A DNA stretch of 64,000 nucleotides from a virus: positions 27,776-91,775 of IMG/VR virus record IMGVR_UViG_3300037502_004185; one strand, 5' to 3'. Of this stretch, positions 1 to 8,973 are shown one piece after another (the first letter of the stretch is position 1; every line of letters starts with the position of its first letter). The translations under genes and the position numbers were made by a program. The notes under the pieces were generated by a model, which did no database searches, was not told the DNA's origin, and saw only the letters and a program-made list of their open reading frames with translations.

Positions 1-245
1 TGTGCCGCAGAACTGTTAGCAACAATCATTGGTACGGTCATCATTAAAGCAGCGTTCGCCGCCGTGCTTGTGGTGCTGGTGGATGTTTTAGTTGGCGTAG
101 CGCTGCGAACTGGTGTTACCGGACGAACGGGCGTAGGAGCAACACGAACTGGCATAGGGGCAACTCGAACAGGGGTTACTACTGGCGCTGAATGCGCTTG
201 AAAAGCGGCCAGCAAGGCCGCCGCTAATGTGACTTTCTTAAGCAT
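1..245 (-). CDS. Exported Pro/Val/Thr-rich protein, partial (3' end runs off the window)
   Basis: Not in the ORF track. ATG at 245 overlaps the upstream stop (TAATG). Reads MLKKVTLAAALLAAFQAHSAPVVTPVRVAPMPVRVAPTPVRPVTPVRS..., a signal peptide followed by PVR repeats. Confidence 0.65.
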   Translation of the reverse strand, partial: MLKKVTLAAALLAAFQAHSAPVVTPVRVAPMPVRVAPTPVRPVTPVRSATPTKTSTSTTSTAANAALMMTVPMIVANSSAA

Positions 246-832
246 TAGTGAATTGTCTCCCCATTAATTTCAACTCGCTTAACGTTCGCTACCTCAAATG
301 ATTCACCTGCATCGGTTTCAACTCTCAGTGCGGTTAGCACGTCCATCACAATTTCAATAAGCTGCTTAGTATTTTCTGACGTACCACCAAGGCGCTCATC
401 TACAGCGCTGACACTGTTTTTAAGGTTCTCAACTAGGAAGTCACAAGCCTGTTGAGAAAGGCTGGCTAATGCTAATGGCAAGTGTTTTTCCGGCGTGAAA
501 TCATCCTCACCCTCGTAGATATATTCCAGATTGTCAGCCGCTCCCATAGACATTTGAAACAGCTTGTCATCCATCAGTAGAGATTCAGCAATCTTGGTAG
601 CGACTCCAATAACTACTTGAGGCGGTACTGCATCTTCGTCGTTCTCGTCGTACTCGTAGGATTTATCAACGTGCATTGGTATAGCTTGAAGAACCGTGTC
701 ACGAACTGCGCGGTAATGGTCGAAGTAGTACGGAGCCATCAAGATAACGCCGCCCGTTTCTGGATTAAAACCAACCATCATGTTGTTCAGCTTGCATTCG
801 GTTTCAATTCTGTTTGGAGTATTCATGCCCAT
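245..832 (-). CDS. Hypothetical acidic protein
   Basis: 195-aa ORF with GAGG RBS, part of the leftward operon. Confidence 0.7.
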   Translation of the reverse strand: MGMNTPNRIETECKLNNMMVGFNPETGGVILMAPYYFDHYRAVRDTVLQAIPMHVDKSYEYDENDEDAVPPQVVIGVATKIAESLLMDDKLFQMSMGAADNLEYIYEGEDDFTPEKHLPLALASLSQQACDFLVENLKNSVSAVDERLGGTSENTKQLIEIVMDVLTALRVETDAGESFEVANVKRVEINGETIH

Positions 833-913
833 GCCTCTCGGTTTCTGGCTTAAACAAATTTATTAGGGGTAGGAAAAGCAAGGGAGCGTATCCCTTGCGG
901 GTTTAAATTCTTC

Positions 914-1111
914 TCAGTATTTGTGGCTTTGATGTGCCAAGTGTGGGTATTCCTTTTCCAGCATGTACCCTTTGCTGCATTTCTCGCATCGATGCGCAAG
1001 CTCATTACCGACGCGCACTTTGCCTAATCGAACGACATTGCCTTTACACTGCTCGTCATCGCATTGGTACGTCACTAGCACTGCTGAAAATGGCTTGTAT
1101 GTTTCGCTCAC
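914..1111 (-). CDS. Small zinc-ribbon protein
   Basis: CDDEQC...CEKC cysteine pairs; start overlaps the upstream stop. Confidence 0.6.
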   Translation of the reverse strand: MSETYKPFSAVLVTYQCDDEQCKGNVVRLGKVRVGNELAHRCEKCSKGYMLEKEYPHLAHQSHKY

Positions 1112-2511
1112 TTACGCTTACCTCGTTTCTGATTACGTTTAGGCTTGCTTGGTTTCTTTGGTGTGTCTGGAATACGGCCACCAGCGGAATGCAGCGCGTA
1201 CTCTGTGTTGAATCGTTTGTTGATGCGCTTAATTAGGCTTACGCTGCGTGGCGCGAGCTCTTTCGCACGTTCAATGTGTGTTAGCGCTCGGTTTAGCTCA
1301 TGTTGAGGTACGTAGTCACTTAAGCGCTGCGCAATCTCTACTAAGTTCACTTGAGTACACCAATCCAAATCGAGGACTTTGGCCACACTCACGACTTTCT
1401 TTGTGCGCTTAACCGCACGATCTAAAGCTCGCTCAATTTGGTCTACTGGTACTTGCTTAGCGGCCTCGGTAAATTCTTCCCAATACTCTTGTGGAAGTAG
1501 GCACGATTCGTGTAGCAGCTTAGACATACATAGGGAGCCATCTTCACCAATGTAAGCCGTGTGGCCAGCTCCGGTATGCGTGTTCATTAGGTAAATCAGA
1601 CCAAAACGCTGATCGGGTTTACCTAGACCCTCTTGAGGCTGAATCGCTGTCGCCTTGCAAAGCATGTAGGCTTGCCAATTACCGCCTTTCCAAACGGATT
1701 TAAGATCGTGGTATTGAACCGCTTCACCTAGATATAGGTTGTCGTTGCGTAGTTCTTCGTTTTCGTGAGCAATGATCGCTGCGTAGGCCAACACCTCATC
1801 AATGTTGTGCATCACGTAGTGATAGTTCTCGTCAGCGTTCTTCAACCCCTCGCTCATGCTGTTGATTTGCTCAGTTTGAGTCGCCACCAGCTCACTTAGC
1901 ATTTCGATGTGTTCTTTGCTCTTGGTGAGCTCTGATTCAGTGGCCTTGTATGCCTCATCCAGTGTCGCGTTCTTAGCGGCGGTTGCTTTGCGTTTGTCCT
2001 CGGCAATGCGTAGTTGCTCTTGAACACTCTCAAGTTGCTGATTAAGCGATTCCAGTTCACCAGATGATGCCACTTGGTTAGCCAATGCAGCGGCTACCTT
2101 GTTCTCCACCAGCTTAGGAATGCCGTCCAGTTCTTGTTGAGCGTGACGCAACTCAGTGGTAAGGCGTTTGATCTCAGCTTCTAGGCGTTGGTTGTCCTTA
2201 CCTAGACGCTCGTTTTCTTCGCGTAGCTCGGTTGCAATCTGCTCGGCCTCGTTACGCTTTTTACGCATAACCTCAGTGCCAGCCATTGCGCGGTCACGCG
2301 CTGCAAGGATTTCGGTACGTTCATCAAGCATTGCCTGATATTTTTGCTTTAGCGCCTCGTCGGCCTTGGCCGTGCGTTGGGATAGTTTGAATTGCAAGTC
2401 ATCAATGATGTGCTGCATCAAACCAACAAGCGGGATCTCAAATTCTTTGATTTCAATTGGCGAATTTTCAGGAAGTCCCCAAGGAAGCTCTACAGTAAAA
2501 ACATCGCTCAT
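1108..2511 (-). CDS. Long coiled-coil protein with a globular C-terminal domain and basic tail
   Basis: 467 aa; heptad-rich E/K/Q/L/A stretch over about 230 aa. Confidence 0.75.
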   Translation of the reverse strand: MSDVFTVELPWGLPENSPIEIKEFEIPLVGLMQHIIDDLQFKLSQRTAKADEALKQKYQAMLDERTEILAARDRAMAGTEVMRKKRNEAEQIATELREENERLGKDNQRLEAEIKRLTTELRHAQQELDGIPKLVENKVAAALANQVASSGELESLNQQLESVQEQLRIAEDKRKATAAKNATLDEAYKATESELTKSKEHIEMLSELVATQTEQINSMSEGLKNADENYHYVMHNIDEVLAYAAIIAHENEELRNDNLYLGEAVQYHDLKSVWKGGNWQAYMLCKATAIQPQEGLGKPDQRFGLIYLMNTHTGAGHTAYIGEDGSLCMSKLLHESCLLPQEYWEEFTEAAKQVPVDQIERALDRAVKRTKKVVSVAKVLDLDWCTQVNLVEIAQRLSDYVPQHELNRALTHIERAKELAPRSVSLIKRINKRFNTEYALHSAGGRIPDTPKKPSKPKRNQKRGKRK

Positions 2512-2566
2512 CGGAAAATTTCTCTACTACTCAAAAATTGGGATAAGGGAATAGGGTTAAAGTGTT

Positions 2567-2866
2567 TTATTCTTGGTTAGCAAAGCGCTCTAGGCGTTCT
2601 TCTAAGTCATCCAGCCAAACCAGTATTTCGCTACCTTTGTGAACGTAGTCGAGGTCGCTGTCTTGGATTAGTTCGGCCACATGACGCGAACACCCGTTTA
2701 CTTCTGCCGCGATCGCACGGTTACTGAAATAAAAAGCACTTGGTGTGTCAGTAAAATCCGTTTCGCCTGTCGCCTCGCGCATTTCCATAAGCGCTTTAAT
2801 GGTCATTCGACGCAATACAATCAGTAAGTCGTCTTGAGTTGCTAACGCTAAATTTTGTTTACTCAT
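2567..2866 (-). CDS. Hypothetical protein, possible DNA-binding
   Basis: 99-aa ORF directly downstream of ssb. Confidence 0.6.
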   Translation of the reverse strand: MSKQNLALATQDDLLIVLRRMTIKALMEMREATGETDFTDTPSAFYFSNRAIAAEVNGCSRHVAELIQDSDLDYVHKGSEILVWLDDLEERLERFANQE

Positions 2867-2869
2867 CGT

Positions 2870-3409
2870 TTAAGCCGCCACGTAACTCAGCATCTTGTAA
2901 TGACGGAACTCGTTCTGGAACGGTATTTCATCGTCAAAGTCCATTGGTGGCTCGCCGTATTGCTGTTGAGATTGATCCCAACCACCCTGTTGCTGTGGTG
3001 AATTCTGTGGTTGTTGAGGTTGACCCCAACCGCCTTGTTGTTGCTGGCCACCAGCGCGGTTATTGCCAAGCATTTGCATCACGCCATTAAAGCCTTGAAC
3101 TACTACCTCTGTGCTGTAACGGTCTTGGCCTTGCTGGTCTTTCCATTTGCGAGTCTGCAATTGACCCTCGATGTAAACTTGTGACCCTTTGCGTAGGAAC
3201 TCCCCCGCCACTTCGGCCAACTTGCCGAACAACACCACTCGATGCCACTCGGTTTTTTCTCGGTTCTCGCCTGACGCTTTATCGCGCCAAGTTTCGGATG
3301 TAGCGACCGTGATATTCGCTACTGCGCCGCCATTTGGTAGGTATCGGATTTCGGGATCTGACCCCAAGTTACCAACCAGAATGACCTTGTTAATGCCTCT
3401 TGAAGCCAT
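2870..3409 (-). CDS. ssb: Single-stranded DNA-binding protein
   Basis: [16 protein letters not shown]...TEWHRVV...[11 protein letters not shown] fold; DFDDEIPF acidic tip. Confidence 0.97.
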   Translation of the reverse strand: MASRGINKVILVGNLGSDPEIRYLPNGGAVANITVATSETWRDKASGENREKTEWHRVVLFGKLAEVAGEFLRKGSQVYIEGQLQTRKWKDQQGQDRYSTEVVVQGFNGVMQMLGNNRAGGQQQQGGWGQPQQPQNSPQQQGGWDQSQQQYGEPPMDFDDEIPFQNEFRHYKMLSYVAA

Positions 3410-3412
3410 TCG

Positions 3413-3733
3413 TTATTCTCCGGTATCTCTCTTTACCGCTTCGTCTCTGTTAGAAATCGCATCACCAAAGAACAAATAACCCACGTCTGTACTTGTGTAG
3501 ACCGCTATCAGTTCTAGGTTTTGCACCCTTGGGTTCACCTCGCCATTCTCGATTTTTCGATAAGTGTCTGGTGATAACCCGATTAACCTGCTCATTTCGA
3601 GTATGGTTAAATCTGCATGCCGTCTCGCTCGCTTGATTCGCGCTGCACGTTGCTGTCGATACTCAAGCGATTGGATTCGAGCGGCCTGTTTAGTCTTTGC
3701 GTCTCGCATTTTCATAGAAGCTCTCCACTTCAC
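3413..3733 (-). CDS. XRE-family helix-turn-helix regulator (start may be ATG 3715)
   Basis: RIKRARRHADLTILEMSRLIGLSPDTYRKIENG...P HTH_3 pattern. Confidence 0.85.
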   Translation of the reverse strand: MKWRASMKMRDAKTKQAARIQSLEYRQQRAARIKRARRHADLTILEMSRLIGLSPDTYRKIENGEVNPRVQNLELIAVYTSTDVGYLFFGDAISNRDEAVKRDTGE

Positions 3734-4121
3734 TTGCTAGTCGTTCTTCCTCGGTTGTAGTCGCCTTAATCAATGCAACGCGATATTCATGTAACCGATT
3801 CTTTGACCAATCGAGGCAGAGCTTTTGCCACTTGATAACGGCAACCGGATCGGAAAGGTCGTAACCAGTCCCAAAACAGCTACAGCACTCCCACTTGCTA
3901 AATAACGACTTGGTGTAACCTGTGCCATTGCAAGTCGGGCAGCGATCCGGTTTGTCGTCCAATGTCACATCGGCATCTTGTAACCGCTTCGCCAGAGCTT
4001 CGCGTTCGTCCGTAAGCTCTATGCCCTCGAATGTATCCAGGATTGATGGTGAGCTTTCGTCTCGCTCTCTTTGCCGTTGTTCCAGTTGAGATCGCTTAAT
4101 TTCAGAAATTTCCTCACTCAT
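3690..4121 (-). CDS. DnaJ-type zinc-finger protein
   Basis: CPTCNGTG and CCSCFGTG (CxxCxGxG) repeats. Confidence 0.75.
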   Translation of the reverse strand: MSEEISEIKRSQLEQRQRERDESSPSILDTFEGIELTDEREALAKRLQDADVTLDDKPDRCPTCNGTGYTKSLFSKWECCSCFGTGYDLSDPVAVIKWQKLCLDWSKNRLHEYRVALIKATTTEEERLASEVESFYENARRKD

Positions 4122-4152
4122 CTTTCATTCCGAACACATAAATTTTATGCGG

Positions 4153-4181
4153 AGTATAAACCCACTTAAAAAACAATGCAA
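4153..4181 (-). promoter_or_regulatory. Sigma70 promoter for the leftward early operon
   Basis: TTGCAT-17-TATACT on the minus strand. Confidence 0.7.
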
Positions 4182-4187
4182 AAAGTA

Positions 4188-4216
4188 TTGATACAAAAAC
4201 CAAAACGATGTATTTT
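4188..4216 (+). promoter_or_regulatory. Divergent sigma70 promoter
   Basis: TTGATA-17-TATTTT. Confidence 0.45.
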
Positions 4217-4260
4217 TGTCTCAGCAAACAGGCAAACAGACTCATATGAGGAATCAGCAA

Positions 4261-4494
4261 ATGTCAGAGAACAACAGCAAAAAAGTTCACGACCAAATCC
4301 AAGCAGACGTTAAAGAGTACATGACCAACACCTCGAACAGCGTCTTAGACTTCGCTTTGGCCAATGCAATTAAGAGCGGTCAGAACAACCTATATGACTT
4401 GTGTAAAAAGTGGAAAATCCCTGTAGACAAGCTACTTAGCAAGATAAACACTTCTCTTTTCAAAGTGGATGATGATAAAATCCACCTCGCATAG
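4261..4494 (+). CDS. Small protein divergent from the early operon, possible regulator
   Basis: GAGG RBS before ATG 4261; followed by a terminator. Confidence 0.55.
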   Translation: MSENNSKKVHDQIQADVKEYMTNTSNSVLDFALANAIKSGQNNLYDLCKKWKIPVDKLLSKINTSLFKVDDDKIHLA

Positions 4495-4530
4495 ACGGAT
4501 ACGTTTAGCTATCGGGATAAGAGTAATGGA

Positions 4531-4560
4531 AAGCTTCGGGGAAACTCGAAGCTTTTTTTT
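4531..4560 (+). terminator. Intrinsic terminator
   Basis: GCTTCGGG-GAAA-CTCGAAGC followed by a T-run. Confidence 0.75.
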
Positions 4561-5442
4561 CGTTTCAATACTTAATCCGAACGTTCAAGAATTTAAGGCA
4601 TAAAAAAAGCGCCCACTCATAGAGCAAGCGCTTACCATTCGGAATCCTACCAAAACACCAGCAGCAACAAAATGACAATACAAAAACACACAAATGCAAA
4701 CACTAACTGTCGCATTTAATCCACTCAAAATATCGGTGGAAGGTAAGTCACTTAAAATTAACCAAATAATCTATATATTTAATACATAGCAAATTTATAC
4801 AGATCAAAGATCAAACTGGATGTTATACATGGCCGATTTAAGTTAATGTCGATTTTTGATTATTAGGTTTTCAGTTCGCTTGGGGTGCAAATTTGGCAAG
4901 TGTATAGTGAAAAACAAACGCCTTATGTGATACCGGATCGTTTAGCGTCTTATCACCGTCAAATAGTTGTGTTTAATACTGCCAACACTTAGGCTAATTG
5001 GAAATTAGTGGGCAAAAACTAGCCAAAATGATAGGAAGCTTAACCACTTAAGTTGTACGGGGAAGCATTTTTGTTTTTAACAGGATAAGATGAGTTAACA
5101 GCAATATATTGAATGCGCTAACCCATCTGCTGGAAGCGGCAACTTTCTTTTGAGGTTGGCATCAAGCAGAAAGGGAAAATGAACATGAATTATTGGATAA
5201 AAATCTTGCTCATATCCCGATTCATGTAGAGAAATGAATATTTTTCAAAGCGTTTCTTTATGAGAGGGGAATTATCTGATAACAATGGGACATAAGGACT
5301 TGGGAGCTTTCATGCGCCTAAACCTGAAACAGAAAGGCAACTCGTTTGGGCGTTTGCAAAATTAGCAAAAAGTCTGGAATACTAGGCACAGCAAGACTTG
5401 GAACAAAACGTTCCCTAATAACCTTGATTGTGTGAAGAATAT

Positions 5443-5475
5443 AAAAAAAGGCTGGATTCGAAGAACCCAACCTTT
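5443..5475 (-). terminator. Minus-strand intrinsic terminator, candidate end of an antitoxin RNA
   Basis: AAGGTTGGGTTC-TTC-GAATCCAGCCTT followed by a T-run on the minus strand. Confidence 0.6.
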
Positions 5476-5620
5476 AATTAATTAGGAGGTAATTATGTAA
5501 TCACCAACCAAGCTCGAAGCAGCTAGAAAGCTTCACTTCGTGTATGCGGGTAAACGATGGCGGCCACCATCAAAAACCCTTGTGCGTTGTCTTTCACCAT
5601 GAGTCTTATTAGAGGAACAA

Positions 5621-5695
5621 ATGGTAAATTTAATTGAACTGATTATAGCAATAATCAATCTCGTCGCCGTTATAGTGCAAGCACTATTCGGTTAA
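5621..5695 (+). CDS. 24-aa hydrophobic peptide, DinQ/DqlB-like type I toxin
   Basis: AGAGGA RBS; MVNLIELIIAIINLVAVIVQALFG*; hairpin TGCTCTAGAAG...CTTCTAGAGCA at 5703-5734. Confidence 0.65.
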   Translation: MVNLIELIIAIINLVAVIVQALFG

Positions 5696-5914
5696 CCAAC
5701 GCTGCTCTAGAAGTACATTGTTGCTTCTAGAGCACACTTACAACTATCCAATAATTAATATTTCCTGTCAATTCGTGTTTTTGTAAAGGACTCACACAAA
5801 TGCGGTCGCTATTCGTTGTAGCATGCCGTTGTCTATAGCTAGGATCATTAACTCATCCAAACAACAAAAACTTGTTGTGTATGTGGGAAACTGTGTAAAT
5901 CTTTGATTTTCCAG

Positions 5915-6206
5915 TTATCCACATACGCTATAAAGATCTATATTTAACTATATCAATCTATGAGAACTATAGAACTATAAGATCTATAGCAACCGTAACG
6001 TATTGATTTTAATTGATTTTAACTCGTTTAAAGATCTTTTTTTAGGTCTTTAAGTAACAAGATCTAGGTTTAATTGATCATTTATTAGGTGTTTGTGATC
6101 TTCTTACAGGCTTTAGTGCTACATAATCTAGGTGAAAGTGATCATATATCAGGTGATTGGATAACAGATTTTAGGTGTTTCTGTTCTTAAATGACATATT
6201 TTAGGT
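5915..6206. other. Plasmid replication origin (P1 oriR-like)
   Basis: Perfect DnaA box TTATCCACA at 5915-5923; AT-rich stretch with clustered GATC; iteron cores (T/C)AGG(T/C) at 6043, 6065, 6086, 6107, 6129, 6150, 6172 (21-22 bp period) and 6202. Confidence 0.85.
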
Positions 6207-6279
6207 GTGTGAGATGGTTGTATAGGAGTCTTGTCCGGTTTTTTCTACTTTCGAGTCAATGATCACGTCGAATTCCCTC

Positions 6280-6360
6280 CCATATACCTAAAATGTGTCA
6301 CATAGCTCATTTCAACCTAGAAAATGTCATCTATCGAGCCCATGACCTAAAACTTGTTAG
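6280..6360 (-). repeat. Three inverted iterons (control/incA-like)
   Basis: ACCTA(A/G)AA.. at 6286, 6315 and 6345, about 30-bp spacing, reverse complement of TGACAnnTTTAGGT. Confidence 0.7.
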
Positions 6361-6363
6361 CTA

Positions 6364-7452
6364 TCAGTAATCGTGTGTATCGGTTAGTTCTGAAAGGGTA
6401 TCTATCTTTTCCATTAACGACTCTAATTCATGCATTCCATCATCATGCTTTTGTTGCTCTTTTTCTAAGTGTCGCTTTGACAAGCTAGCTTCAACTTTAA
6501 GAGCGTGGTCTTCTTTACCCACATAGCGGTACGCGATGGCAAGTGATTCTAGTTCAGACTCGGTGAGTCTGACTTGGTTTTGAAGCCTTTTCAATTCAAG
6601 TTGTCGAATTGTCTTAAGAGCATCGTGTTGATTTAGTTCATCAATTGAACCTAGTTTAACCCACCGGAAGAGAAACTTGATTCCAGTAATGGTTCTACCT
6701 TTCTTTACAACCTCAAAACCCTTATCACCTTGGCTGCTTTCTAAAAATAGAAGCTCTTTGCTAATCTGAGGGTGTTCAGAAAGTTCTTTAATGCTTTCCC
6801 TGATACAACGTTTCATAAATACGCTGTTGTTTTTGAAGGAACTTTTATCTTTTTTCAGCTTCCCTGATTCGTCCAAAAGCCCAAATATTCCTTTCAGTTC
6901 ACTAAGCTTTTGCGCATGCATTTCAAAGCCCTTGTCTTTGAAGCGACTAAGCAGTTCGTACAAGCGCTTGGAATACTCCTTTTTCACCTCAAAGAAATTG
7001 CGAGTATTAATCAGAGCAAATCCTTGATTATATTCAATATACTCAGGTTTGAGCATATCGTTAGGAACCATCGTAAGTATGCCGTGTTTATAAGCGATAT
7101 GTTTAAAAAGAGGTCTATAGTCGAATTCAATATCACCTTTCGGGGTTTCCACCTTTATCCCGATTTTTCGACTAGCTAGGCGGTTCGCTACTGGACTTAA
7201 GTTGCTACCGATATGTTTAGACTCAACACCTAACCACTCTGATAATTGATGTGAAGTAAACTCATAGTGTGGTGTTTTCTGTTCCCAATCACTTGGTTTC
7301 ATATGTGCAATCATCAACGCAAACATATCTGCTTCCCTAGCGGATAGATCTTGACGACTAAAGACCAGTTGATGGCCTTTTTTGATATGTTTCGGGAGGT
7401 TATCGCTTACCGCAGGGTAGAAATATTCTTCATCACTCATGCAAATGCACAT
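6364..7452 (-). CDS. repB: Rep_3 family plasmid replication initiator (start may be 7440)
   Basis: IKKGHQLVFSRQDLSARE, YSKRLYELLSRF and KKGRTITGIKF motifs; flanked by iterons. Confidence 0.92.
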   Translation of the reverse strand: MCICMSDEEYFYPAVSDNLPKHIKKGHQLVFSRQDLSAREADMFALMIAHMKPSDWEQKTPHYEFTSHQLSEWLGVESKHIGSNLSPVANRLASRKIGIKVETPKGDIEFDYRPLFKHIAYKHGILTMVPNDMLKPEYIEYNQGFALINTRNFFEVKKEYSKRLYELLSRFKDKGFEMHAQKLSELKGIFGLLDESGKLKKDKSSFKNNSVFMKRCIRESIKELSEHPQISKELLFLESSQGDKGFEVVKKGRTITGIKFLFRWVKLGSIDELNQHDALKTIRQLELKRLQNQVRLTESELESLAIAYRYVGKEDHALKVEASLSKRHLEKEQQKHDDGMHELESLMEKIDTLSELTDTHDY

Positions 7453-7460
7453 CCATAAAT

Positions 7461-7497
7461 AACAAGATTTAGGTAATTATGACACATTTTAGGTCAC
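7461..7497 (+). repeat. Two iterons in the rep promoter region (autorepression)
   Basis: AACAAGATTTAGGT and ATGACACATTTTAGGT. Confidence 0.65.
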
Positions 7498-7529
7498 GCA
7501 TGTATAGAAATACTCACATCAAGCAGTGA

Positions 7530-8447
7530 TTACAGATACCTGACTTGTACTCGCCCGACTGCGTCACGATAGTATTCAACTAAGCCTTGAGACTCTTTCT
7601 CGGAAATGGTGTTCATGTACTCTGCTAACATGGTGGCTGTATCACGAACCTTACTCACGCTAGCTTTCACGGCGCTTGCAGCCTTGTTGTGCCAGCTAGC
7701 AATCACAAACTTAAGGTATGACACGAACTTAGGCGCTAAAGGCTGTTGGTGCTTGTTGTACAGCTTGATAACACGACGAGCTCCACTAGCTGATAGGCGG
7801 CCTTGCTTAGCAGCTAGTTGAAGTTGTTTTACTTCGTCAGCGTCACGTTTGAAGATCTTCAAAAACCAAGAATCAGACGGGATACCGTTATTAATTTTAT
7901 TTTTACTCTCTGTAGAGAGATCCTTTGTATTTATAGTGCAATTTTCGTTTTTGTCTGATTGCTCGCAAGCCTTGTCAGCACTGGCCTCAAGAGGTTTTTC
8001 CACAGAAGACCCCCCTAAATGCAATTTTTGTCTATTACAAAACTTCTCTGCCGCTTGTAGAGCGTATTTGTAGACACCAGCGAACATGTTTTTGATGCCA
8101 TCAACGCATAGAGTGATGTGACGTTGATTCTGACCTGTTTCACGGTTCTGGAACGATTTGCGGTCGATTAAGTGCAAATCAACTGCATCTGAAATGTAAG
8201 TATCAACAGTACGCTTTGTGATTGGCTGACAACCGTAACGGTGACAGTTCTCATTGTAGGTACGCATTAAGGTATCGCTTGATGCAAAGCAAGTGTGACC
8301 ATGCTTAAGGATAAAGCTTGAGATAGTTTCTAGTAGGCAAGCAAGCTTACGTTGTGCCAATGGTTTATTGGCTTTGATATTGGAAGCTTGTGTTCTGAAT
8401 CCTGACTTCCAGTAACGAGGATTCAGCAAAAGAGGTGTAATTTGCAT
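7530..8447 (-). CDS. Second putative replication initiator (winged HTH; lytic RepL-like or antisense-controlled Rep)
   Basis: CFASSDTL...ITKRTVDTYISDAVDLHLIDR wHTH pattern typical of phage/plasmid initiators; structured leader with antisense RNA. Confidence 0.55.
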   Translation of the reverse strand: MQITPLLLNPRYWKSGFRTQASNIKANKPLAQRKLACLLETISSFILKHGHTCFASSDTLMRTYNENCHRYGCQPITKRTVDTYISDAVDLHLIDRKSFQNRETGQNQRHITLCVDGIKNMFAGVYKYALQAAEKFCNRQKLHLGGSSVEKPLEASADKACEQSDKNENCTINTKDLSTESKNKINNGIPSDSWFLKIFKRDADEVKQLQLAAKQGRLSASGARRVIKLYNKHQQPLAPKFVSYLKFVIASWHNKAASAVKASVSKVRDTATMLAEYMNTISEKESQGLVEYYRDAVGRVQVRYL

Positions 8448-8476
8448 AAAATTCGCTCAAAAAAAGACGCAAAAAT

Positions 8477-8505
8477 TTGCCACCGATCTCTTTGAACGTT
8501 ATACT
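8477..8505 (+). promoter_or_regulatory. Sigma70 promoter of the antisense RNA
   Basis: TTGCCA-17-TATACT. Confidence 0.75.
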
Positions 8506-8511
8506 TACACC

Positions 8512-8750
8512 TGATTCAGTGTTGTGTAAGTAACGCTCGCTGAGATTGATGTTCTAAATCGCTCAAAAACATTCAATCTAAATGAGACTTCTTGGCTGCC
8601 AACCTCGTTGTCTCACCTGATTAGGCTTCGGTCTAATTCATTACGGCATAATGACTTTCCTTAAGTTCGTTTGTCGTGACGCTTTAAGTTTGCCGCTTAA
8701 AGCTCGATTTCAGTAAGAAAGCCCGCTCGCCAAAGCGGGCTTTTTTATTT
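8512..8750 (+). ncRNA. About 235-nt counter-transcribed structured RNA
   Basis: Promoter, five hairpins (one with a UUCG loop) and terminator AAGCCCGC-TCGCCAAA-GCGGGCTTTTTT; no ORF of 60 aa or more. Confidence 0.65.
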
Positions 8751-8973
8751 TCTGTTGCCCGAAATCGAATCACTTTCTCTCTATCACGGCATCGCCATGA
8801 TCTAATTACAGAAAAACTCCCCTATTATTGATCGTAAATGGTTGATCAAACAAGTCCCTATATCAAAGTGATTCCGAACAAGGGGCGTTACCATCTAGCG
8901 CTAGAGTTTACCAAAAATTTTATCTATTTAAACTCCTTTTGGACGTGTTAATATTCCGAACACACCAAATTTT

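Noticed and set aside
4815-4832. Possible LexA box CTGGATGTTATACATG
   Set aside because: The right half does not match CAG at the required spacing.
5050-5390. Protein-like fragments in shifting frames, a possible decayed gene
   Set aside because: Many stops and no recognisable family, so a pseudogene call cannot be supported.
6040-6360. Periodic repeats as CRISPR or simple tandem repeats
   Set aside because: Helical phasing, the DnaA box and the adjacent Rep_3 gene identify them as iterons.
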